A stretch of 32,000 bases of DNA. Source: Shewanella profunda (lineage in GTDB: Bacteria; Pseudomonadota; Gammaproteobacteria; Enterobacterales; Shewanellaceae). Positions 16,574 through 24,200 of the stretch are shown here, in pieces. Both the position numbers and the translations under genes were made by a program. Under the pieces are notes generated by a model. It did no database searches and was not told where the DNA came from. It was given only the letters and a program-made list of their open reading frames with translations. Position 1 is the first letter of the stretch. Each line of letters opens with the position of its first letter. The stretch lies in contig NZ_JAKILG010000004.1 of NCBI RefSeq assembly GCF_023283765.1, positions 79,513 through 111,512 on the forward strand, read 5' to 3'.

Positions 16574-17458
16574 CTATTCACTCCTGAGATCGCTTATAAA
16601 TTTTTTCCAAAGATCGCCATACCAAGGCGCAAAAGTTTCTCCTGCTGCTGCCCCAACTCCTTCCCCAACAGCTCCCAAGGCATTTGTCGGTGCTAAGGAG
16701 AATCCCGGATAATCAAGCGGTTTTCCTATAATGTTTCGAGGTATGTAAGGACGCATCAATAAATTACCTAACTTACCCGCAGTAAACGCACCACCTATAG
16801 ATGCCCCTATTACGGCAGAATAATTTATATTTTCAAAAGGACTTTCCTTTGTTGTACAGGATGATTTGCTGTTGTAGATCCTTTCGGTGTTTCCGATTAC
16901 CTGGCCTAAGTAACTTGCAGAGGCGTTATTAGCCATAATGCCTAACACACCGCTTCCAAAGGGGCTAAATACACCCACGGCTGCACCTACAAGTCCACCT
17001 TTTAGCGCTCCCATCCATCCTCCTGTGATATAACCACCAACAGCACCTGATAGGCCTCCGTAGATGGCACCAGCACACCACGGGCATTCCCCAGTAAGGT
17101 CGAATAGAGAATATGGGTTGTTTTCTACATAGGCATAAGTGTTAATCCCACCAGCCAGCCCAATCGGGTCGCTGGTAATGTACCGCCCAGTCGCTGGGTC
17201 GTAGTAACGCCGCCAGTTGTAGTGAAGCCCGGTCTCCGCGTCGTAATACTGCCCTGGGAACCGCAGGTTGAAGGCTGGCCCTTGGGTGGTGACGCTGGCC
17301 TTACCGAACGGGCTGTAGCTCGCCTTCCAAACCACTTGGCCGCTTGCATCGGTCAGCGCCTTCGGGGTGCCAAGGTGGTCAACGTGGACGTGATAGGTCT
17401 GTCCTGATTGCACAAAGGCCAGAGGAGTGCCGCCGAGCCAGATGTATTCCGCCAGCAC
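16574..17458 (-). CDS. Orphan Rhs C-terminal fragment: 124 aa of conserved core plus a 170-aa glycine-zipper toxin domain
   Basis: (V)[53 protein letters not shown]...[34 protein letters not shown]...NPYSLFDLTGE matches aa about 1130-1254 of the main Rhs. Nucleotide identity to 21655-22030 is obvious by eye. There is no ATG; the first codon is the in-frame GTG of the core. Confidence 0.85.
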   Translation of the reverse strand: MLAEYIWLGGTPLAFVQSGQTYHVHVDHLGTPKALTDASGQVVWKASYSPFGKASVTTQGPAFNLRFPGQYYDAETGLHYNWRRYYDPATGRYITSDPIGLAGGINTYAYVENNPYSLFDLTGECPWCAGAIYGGLSGAVGGYITGGWMGALKGGLVGAAVGVFSPFGSGVLGIMANNASASYLGQVIGNTERIYNSKSSCTTKESPFENINYSAVIGASIGGAFTAGKLGNLLMRPYIPRNIIGKPLDYPGFSLAPTNALGAVGEGVGAAAGETFAPWYGDLWKKFISDLRSE

Positions 17459-17472
17459 GTCTCCTGTTCACG

Positions 17473-17865
17473 CTATTCTGCAACCTTTTCTAGCCACAAA
17501 ACTGCATTTTTGCGTAGTTCCCTCACCTCTTTATCAAACTCAAGAGAGAATAAATTTCCATCAACAACCCATACGTCAACTTCAAATGTCACTCCGTCAG
17601 CAAAACCTTTTAATCGGCACAACCTCTCTTCTCCCCGAGACGCGAATTTATCTTTTCTGCTCATATCAACACTCAATCCTGAGATTTTATAAAAACATAT
17701 TTCCTCATCACCTCGATGCCTTTGAACATAATTTATCTCTCTTATTTGCGACTGGAGAATGCCTCCATTTTTCTTGCCTAACACTCGTTTCATTTCGCCA
17801 AAAAGGCTTACTTCAAACGCTGTATATTTTGGGAAAAGCCAGTTGAAAAGATGTCTGATTTGCAT
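17473..17865 (-). CDS. Putative cytoplasmic immunity protein of orphan rhs-CT 17867..18679 (130 aa from ATG 17865)
   Basis: The ATG lies 1 nt after the toxin stop (TAA-A-ATG). Soluble, with no hydrophobic segments. Positional inference only. Confidence 0.5.
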   Translation of the reverse strand: MQIRHLFNWLFPKYTAFEVSLFGEMKRVLGKKNGGILQSQIREINYVQRHRGDEEICFYKISGLSVDMSRKDKFASRGEERLCRLKGFADGVTFEVDVWVVDGNLFSLEFDKEVRELRKNAVLWLEKVAE

Positions 17866-17866
17866 T

Positions 17867-18679
17867 TTATTCTCCACATCCACAATTACTGTTGTCAGAA
17901 GTTACACCATCATAGATGCGACCCCCAATTAATCCACTACCAGGAATCCACCCAGGAGTTCTAAGCACTTGTTGGGAAACTGTATTCATCATAGGGTTAG
18001 ATGCTTTCCATGTTCTACTCATAAATTTGTAGCGGTAAGCATCGGTCAAAGCGTGTGTTTCCTTTGAAACAAAATTTCCGTTAAATCTTGACTTAACGAA
18101 ACCGCCCAAATATTTATCGACATTTGGCCTATAATGCTTGTTTGTGGTTTTGCCACTTACACTAAATTTTCTGATGTATCTATCTGGAATCCAGTGAGAC
18201 CACTCTTTTCCTGGTAATTTTCTAAATGCTTTACTAAACAACCCTCCACCCAAGGCCGACAAACCTACGTCAACCCAATTTACACATTTAAAGTTGCCGC
18301 CATTTTGATAAAGCTGCCACGCCAGATCCGCTCCAGCAAAAACCAATCCCCAAGCAAACTCTCCTGTCGGGTCGGTATTGGACATAGGGTTTCCATGCAC
18401 ATACCCGTAGGTGTTTACCCCATCAAACAGGCCGAGAGGGTCACTGGTGATGTACCGCCCGGTGTTCGGGTCGTAGTAGCGTCGCCAGTTGTAATGGAGT
18501 CCTGTCTCCGCGTCGAAATACTGCCCTGGGAACCGCAGGTTGAAAGTCAGCCCCTGGGTGGTGATGCTGGCTTTGCCAAAGGGGCTGTAGCTCGCCTTCC
18601 AAACCACTTGGACGCTGGCGTCGGTCAGCGCCTTCGGGGTGCCCAGGTGATATAATTTTCTTTCCTGACGCCTCACCAT
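17867..18679 (-). CDS. Orphan Rhs C-terminal fragment: about 97 aa of core plus a 163-aa toxin domain of unrecognised family
   Basis: [97 protein letters not shown], then a unique sequence ending ...[10 protein letters not shown]. It has acquired its own ATG ([10 protein letters not shown]) at the homology break. Confidence 0.85.
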   Translation of the reverse strand: MVRRQERKLYHLGTPKALTDASVQVVWKASYSPFGKASITTQGLTFNLRFPGQYFDAETGLHYNWRRYYDPNTGRYITSDPLGLFDGVNTYGYVHGNPMSNTDPTGEFAWGLVFAGADLAWQLYQNGGNFKCVNWVDVGLSALGGGLFSKAFRKLPGKEWSHWIPDRYIRKFSVSGKTTNKHYRPNVDKYLGGFVKSRFNGNFVSKETHALTDAYRYKFMSRTWKASNPMMNTVSQQVLRTPGWIPGSGLIGGRIYDGVTSDNSNCGCGE

Positions 18680-18928
18680 TTATTTAGTGTTATCGGCATT
18701 GTTTTTTCTAAACGACTTGATCGCCTTTCTTTGCCGGATGCTCTTAATGGACTCGTGTACTCCTAATGCAAAGCATGTTATACCCCACACCGATAGCATC
18801 ATTAGAAGCACAAACTCTGATTCTGGTTTTCCAAGCAGTCTATATGCAGCGTAAGATAACGCTCCTGTCGCGATCCCTATGAGCGGAATTCCAACCAAAT
18901 AAATAGAAAGTTCTGCTTTGTATGTCAT
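18680..18928 (-). CDS. Small membrane protein (82 aa from ATG 18928), stand-alone immunity-like gene
   Basis: Two hydrophobic helices. GGAGAG RBS before MTYKAELSIY. Sits in the rhs orphan array behind a short rhs scar (18987-18999). Confidence 0.5.
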   Translation of the reverse strand: MTYKAELSIYLVGIPLIGIATGALSYAAYRLLGKPESEFVLLMMLSVWGITCFALGVHESIKSIRQRKAIKSFRKNNADNTK

Positions 18929-19030
18929 ATTTACTCTCCGTTCCCACGAGAACCCTCCTTCCGGGTCCATATAGCTTCATGGAGTACCGCTGGCATCGGC
19001 GGGGCCAACGCCAGCATTATCAGGTGCAAC

Positions 19031-19258
19031 TCACTTGTTGCCATTCCCCTTGTCATGAAAACTACCTACAACAACAAGAATTATGCTGGAAATGGTCAAT
19101 GCCACCCCTAAAAACGCCCCTATTTTTACATACAGGATTATTTTTTCTTTTAGTAGAAAGTAATCTACCGCCCCCATAATGAACGCACTTACCAATACAG
19201 CTAATCCTATGTTCATTAACGTTCGCTGCACCCTTTCAATCTTTGTCAGGTTTTGCAT
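19031..19258 (-). CDS. Small membrane protein (75 aa), stand-alone immunity-like gene; intact copy of the gene split at 10838/16018
   Basis: Two hydrophobic helices. Preceded by the rhs scar at 19271-19299. Confidence 0.5.
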   Translation of the reverse strand: MQNLTKIERVQRTLMNIGLAVLVSAFIMGAVDYFLLKEKIILYVKIGAFLGVALTISSIILVVVGSFHDKGNGNK

Positions 19259-19270
19259 AAATACCTCTCA

Positions 19271-19299
19271 AAACCACTTGGCCGCTGGCATCGGTCAGC
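19271..19299 (-). repeat. rhs core scar (29 nt)
   Basis: aaaccacttggccgctggcatcggtcagc differs at one position from the main rhs at 21897-21925. Confidence 0.75.
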
Positions 19300-19325
19300 C
19301 ACAACCGGCACCAGCATCACCCGCT

Positions 19326-19625
19326 TTATGTTCCGGAGAAGAACCTCATCACTTCCGCTGGGTAATGGAATAGGTGCCCCCCTTTATCGAAGAACAGAAA
19401 CCATACAGAGAAAGATATAGCAAAGACTCCTACGCCAACAATCTCAAAAACATTTCTACCAATACGATGAATGTCAGTTCCTTTGTCATACTTTATCTTC
19501 TTATGCTTTATTACCCCTGCGATTCCTACGTAAATAAAATTAACCCCAAGAGGGATAAGAATCACAACAACTCCAGTGAAGTAGGCTGTATAAAGAAAGA
19601 AATCTACCCAGTTATTGATTTCCAA
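19326..19625 (-). CDS. Small membrane protein (99 aa, TTG start), paralogue of 20444..20743
   Basis: (L)EINNWVDFFLYTAYFTGVVVILIP...FSVWFLFFDKGGHLFHYPAEVMRFFSGT aligns end to end with MEINSWFDFIIYTIYFFGVVVIILP...FSVWYLFFAKGGNLFLYPSEVMRFFSGG. The start codon is TTG where the paralogue has ATG. Confidence 0.5.
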   Translation of the reverse strand: MEINNWVDFFLYTAYFTGVVVILIPLGVNFIYVGIAGVIKHKKIKYDKGTDIHRIGRNVFEIVGVGVFAISFSVWFLFFDKGGHLFHYPAEVMRFFSGT

Positions 19626-19690
19626 AAGCTGTACCTCCTTCCATCCCTATTCCTACGTTTAAGCTGGCTTGAAATTTTCCGCATCATTTC

Positions 19691-19936
19691 TTACCGCCGT
19701 TTACTTCGGCAGAACTCGATTAAGGACATAGTTGAACCTATTACCCCAATCACGGCACCTATCGCCAAAAAACCCCAAAACACCATTTCATTTTGCTGGT
19801 TCGTTTGATGCAATCCTAAAATCAATGCCAATTTTTGACCGCCATAGCCCACAACCCACCCTATCAACACAGATCCAAATAAGAACGGGAAGTAAATAGT
19901 TCCCAAAAACCACATCCAACGTTTATAAGTTTTCAT
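19691..19936 (-). CDS. Small membrane protein (81 aa from ATG 19936), stand-alone immunity-like gene
   Basis: Hydrophobic helices. The upstream in-frame extension (..SSQKVWKA) is an rhs core scar at 19944-19970. Confidence 0.5.
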   Translation of the reverse strand: MKTYKRWMWFLGTIYFPFLFGSVLIGWVVGYGGQKLALILGLHQTNQQNEMVFWGFLAIGAVIGVIGSTMSLIEFCRSKRR

Positions 19937-19999
19937 CAAAATCGCCTTCCAAACCTTTTGGCTGCTGGCGTTGAAATGCCCAACGCCAGCAGGGTTCAC

Positions 20000-20266
20000 T
20001 TACTTAAAATGTTCAGGAATCATCTTGATTTGTTCTTCCGCATCCCAATTTTTGGGTTTATCACTAGGCTCTAACCATTCGCATCCACTAGAGAGCCAGC
20101 CGCCTCTTAGAGCTCGTACATTTTCGAGCGTGGTATCGCCATAACCGAACTCCACTCCACAGCATGAACATATTTCGTATGTAGGTGTTTTATCATCTTC
20201 GCCCCAAGGTGGATCTTCGTGGAAAAGACCGCATACTCTACAGTGATGTTTAATTTTACTGGTCAT
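20000..20266 (-). CDS. Small Cys-rich (zinc-ribbon-like) protein, 88 aa from ATG 20266; probable orphan immunity protein
   Basis: MTSKIKHHCRVCGLFHEDPPWGEDDKTPTYEICSCCGVEFGYGD... has two CxxC pairs. GGAG lies 8 nt before the ATG. The ORF-track version (to 20395) fuses it in frame to an rhs scar. Confidence 0.5.
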   Translation of the reverse strand: MTSKIKHHCRVCGLFHEDPPWGEDDKTPTYEICSCCGVEFGYGDTTLENVRALRGGWLSSGCEWLEPSDKPKNWDAEEQIKMIPEHFK

Positions 20267-20317
20267 AGAAATACTCCAATGGTGTTTTGTATTTGTTGGG
20301 CTCACATTTACCTTGGA

Positions 20318-20417
20318 GAACCGCAGGTTGAAGGTTGGCCCCTGGGTGGTGATGCTTGCTTTGCCAAAGGGGCTGTAGCTCACCTTCCAAACCACTTGGC
20401 CGCTGACGTCGGCTGGG
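20318..20417 (-). pseudogene. rhs core remnant (encodes ..[32 protein letters not shown]), truncated on both sides
   Basis: Strong nucleotide similarity to the main rhs at 21826-21925. It breaks off where the core would continue with PGQYYDAETG. Confidence 0.8.
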
Positions 20418-20443
20418 CCAACGCCAGAGCCTGATCCACACTA

Positions 20444-20743
20444 TCAGCCGCCTGAAAAAAATCTCATTACCTCTGACGGATAAAGAAACAGATTTCCACC
20501 TTTGGCAAAAAACAGATACCAAACAGAAAAAACCACAGAAAAAATACCTGCAACGCACACTTCAAATCTATTTCTTGCAGAGAAATACTTGTAGTGCTTT
20601 ATTTCGTATCTCGGGGTTCTCATTTTTATTAGGTTCTTCAATGTTAACCAAAGAAAAATAGCCCCTACAGGTAGGATAATCACCACCACCCCAAAAAAAT
20701 AAATTGTGTATATAATAAAATCGAACCAACTATTGATTTCCAT
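20444..20743 (-). CDS. Small membrane protein (99 aa), stand-alone immunity-like gene
   Basis: Paralogue of 19326..19625, with an ATG start and three hydrophobic segments. Confidence 0.55.
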   Translation of the reverse strand: MEINSWFDFIIYTIYFFGVVVIILPVGAIFLWLTLKNLIKMRTPRYEIKHYKYFSARNRFEVCVAGIFSVVFSVWYLFFAKGGNLFLYPSEVMRFFSGG

Positions 20744-20855
20744 AAACAGTCCCCAGAGCTACATCGGCCAATAACTCGCCATCGAGGCCGTAAACATAGA
20801 GCACATCTACGCCACCAGCAGGCTTAACCGCTGGTGGCAATATTTCAAGCCGTTC

Positions 20856-21206
20856 TCAATACTGCCTTTTCTTAAAGTAGCCAAGCCTTCTCAGACGAGA
20901 TAAGAAATTCTTTTTGAAATACAGCCCACCCGGCAATGCTGCTAAAACAAAAAGCACCATAAAATAAACTGCATAAACCACATTAGAATTAAAAGCTTCA
21001 CGCCACCCATTGATAAACACGGGGGCAATAAATAACGGTGCAACCAATACACACGCAAACAACACGTAAACAATACCCCCCCCCACATATTTAGCAAAGG
21101 CACCGGACCTACCCAGGAAAAATAGAGTTTTCCCATAAACAACGAACCCTACTAATAAAAGACCTGATACAACAACAAAGTACATGGCCGTAACAATCCA
21201 CATCAT
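20856..21206 (-). CDS. Putative RhsI immunity protein of the main Rhs toxin; polytopic membrane protein (116 aa from ATG 21206)
   Basis: ATGATG begins 1 nt after the rhs stop (TAA-T-ATG-ATG at 21210-21201). Four hydrophobic helices. Confidence 0.65.
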   Translation of the reverse strand: MMWIVTAMYFVVVSGLLLVGFVVYGKTLFFLGRSGAFAKYVGGGIVYVLFACVLVAPLFIAPVFINGWREAFNSNVVYAVYFMVLFVLAALPGGLYFKKNFLSRLRRLGYFKKRQY

Positions 21207-21207
21207 A

Positions 21208-24200
21208 TTAAAACCCCTTACCAAATAATTCACCCGAGCCAACGGTAACACCTTCAACCACAGAGCCAACAGTATTTCCCGGAATTTTATTTATCCCTGA
21301 TGAACTTAATGGACGTCCAATGATTGTAAAGCGATAAGGGCTAATATAACGCCCTATTGTACTTCCTAGAGGTCCTCCTAAAGCCCCTCCCAGCGCAGCT
21401 CCAGCCACAGCGGAAAAATCATAATTACAGTAATCAGTAACATCCTTTCCTGAAACATATAGACCAGCACTTTGACCAAGCAGGCTGGCTATACCCGCAC
21501 CAGCCGCCGCTCCGGCAGAGTGTGCTCCAAATATATTAACGAAACCAACTAATGCACCAGTGCCAGCTCCAGCTAATGCGCCTTGCCACCCACCTGAAAT
21601 GTAGCCACCTATTCCCCCAGAGATCAGTCCATAGGCCGCACCCGCGAGCCCATATTCCCCAGTAGGATCAATTAGCCTTAAAGGGTTTGCGCGAACATAC
21701 CCATAGGTATCCACCCCATCGAACAGGCCAAGGCGGTCTGATTGTAAGTAACGGCCAAGTGCTGGGTCATAGTAGCGATGCCAGTTGTAATGGAGCCCGG
21801 TCTCCGCGTCGTAATACTGTCCTGGGAACCGCAAGTTGAAGGTCGGCCCCTGGGTGGTGATGCTGGCTTTACCAAAGGGGCTGTAGCTCGCCTTCCAAAC
21901 CACTTGGCCGCTTGCATCGGTCAGCGCCTTCGGGGTGCCCAGGTGATCGACGTGGACTTGGTAGGTCTGTCCTGACTGAACAAAGCCCAAGGGTGTCCCA
22001 TCGAGCCAGACATACTCCGCCAGCACGTCTCCAGTGGCCGCGTCCAGCTCCTCGATGAGGTTTCCTGCCAGGTCGTAAACCAGCAGCCGGGTATGCCCGT
22101 TTAGGGTCTTGGTTACACGCTGATCCAGGTGGTTGTATGTGTAGCTTACAGTCACTCCCGCGACCGTTGCGGCCACCAGCCGGTTCTGGCTGTCATAGGT
22201 GAAGGTATCCGCCCCCTGCTTCGTCAGGTTGCCATTGGCGTCATAGCTTCTGGAGGTTTGCCCGGCCTTCACCAGCCAGTTGTTCATGTAGTTGATGGTG
22301 TAGCTTTGGCTCAGGCCATCGGTCGTGATCGAGGTCCTGTTGCCGGTGGCGTCATAGCCATAGCCCAAAACGCCATAGAGCCCCTCAGCAGAGGTGATGC
22401 GGCCAACCGCGTCATAACCGAGTGACTGATTGACTGATGAGCTGAGATTGTCGTCTATGGCTGAAATCAACGAGTCTGGCGTGTACCGATAGACCAGCGA
22501 ATGCACCCTAGCAGCGTCGATGCCGGTGACACGGTAATCGAGATCCAGAGTGCGGCTTTCTGAAATGCCGTTCCCTCTGACCATACTGGTGACGGGGCCA
22601 AAGGGCGCTCGCTCAATCTGGCTTGCCAGGTTTGTTGTGGTGCCTGCTTGTGTCGTTGTCACCTCGATGACGTCACCGGCTGAGTCACGGGTGTAGGAGA
22701 CCTCACGGCCACTGGGATACGTGATCTTCGTGACGAGGCCTGCACCATCGTATTGGTACTGGGTAGTCAGGCTCTGCCCGTGGGTTTCCCAGGTTTCGTA
22801 AGCCAGCCATCCTTCGGGGGTGTAGCCAAATCTCCGGACACCGTTGCCATCATCGACTGAGGTCAAGCGGCCTATGCCGTATGGTGAGGTTGCTTCGTCA
22901 TACCCGTACAGAATTGGCGATTCGCCAGCGACATCGGTGGAGGTTTCGATGATCCGGTTCAGCGCGTCATAGCTGTAGCTTGTGGTTTGCCCCTTGGCCG
23001 TCTTGCGCGTTGCCACGTTACCGGCTTCGTCATAGGTAATGTCGGTGGTGCCGGTGTCCGGGCTCCGGACTTGAGTCACTTCTCCAAAGCCGTTGTAGCT
23101 GTAGTAGGTCAGGCGCGAACGAGGGTCTGAGACGCGGTAAACATCGCCGGTATCTTTGTAGAGTACCTGCGTGACCTTCCCAAGGGGGTCGGTCGTTTGC
23201 GTCCGGTGGTGGAAGCCGTCGTACTTGTAGGAGTGCGCGTTACCAGATGGACTGGTCTCCTGTATCAGGTTTGCCACCACATCGTAGGAAAACGATGACT
23301 GATTGCTATAGGCGTCGGAGACACTGGAGAGCCAGCCTATTTCGTTGAAGATCCGGTGCTCTATCCAACGGGTCTGGCCCAGCGCATCGAGCAGACGCTC
23401 TTCTACTGGGTTCCCGAGGTCATTGAGTTCAAGCTCGCGCCGGTTGCCCTGTCCATCTGTTTCCGCTACCAGCCGGTGGGCAGCGTCGTATTCATAGCTG
23501 ACAGTTGCACCATTTGGCTTGGTTAGCGAACTCAGAAGCCCCACAGCATCATAGTTGTAGGTCGTGGTGCCTTCTGGACCAGTGGAGCTGACAAGCCTTC
23601 CTCTGGCGTCATAGGTGAGGGTCTGAGTTACACCGTTGACCCCCTGAATGGTCCCGGCGCGACCGTTCGCGTCGTAGTCGCCAAACTGCGTCACCTGCCC
23701 CAGTGCGTTCGTTGTCCGGATCAGGTTGCCCTGGTCATCGTAGTCAAATGTCGTCACATCGCTGACGTCGGTGCGCGGACCATCAATCGAGGCCAACAGG
23801 CTGGGCTTTCCTGTACCAGCAGGGGCATAGGTGTAGGTCCATGTCCGGGAAGCGCCCGAGCTGCGATCAGTGACCTTGCGGCTTATCACCCGGAGATGAG
23901 TGTCGTAGGTGAGCTCAGTGATCCTTGTTGGTTCTGTGATTTTTGCCGGGAGCGACTTGGAAGGAAGCCAGTCGGTCGTAACCTTGCCCCCGTCCTGGTC
24001 TATCTGGGTGGTTTCCAATCCCCGGTCGTTATGGGTGAACGTGCGCTTCTGCCCAGCGCGGTCAGTAATGCTGGAGACGAGGCCTTTGCTGTCGTAGACG
24101 TAGGTTTCCTTGCCGCCCACAAAGCCAGTACACGGCGCACCCTCAACCACATCAGGCTTGAGCATCCCATTGTGGCGACTGTAGGTGTATCGCTGAACGT

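Noticed and set aside
20744-20855. Stem-loop gccaccagc-aggcttaacc-gctggtggc as a terminator between rhsI and the next gene
   Set aside because: No T-run follows on the transcribed (minus) strand. The surrounding sequence translates as an Rhs-like fragment (..YVYGLDGELLAD..), so it is more likely another core remnant.
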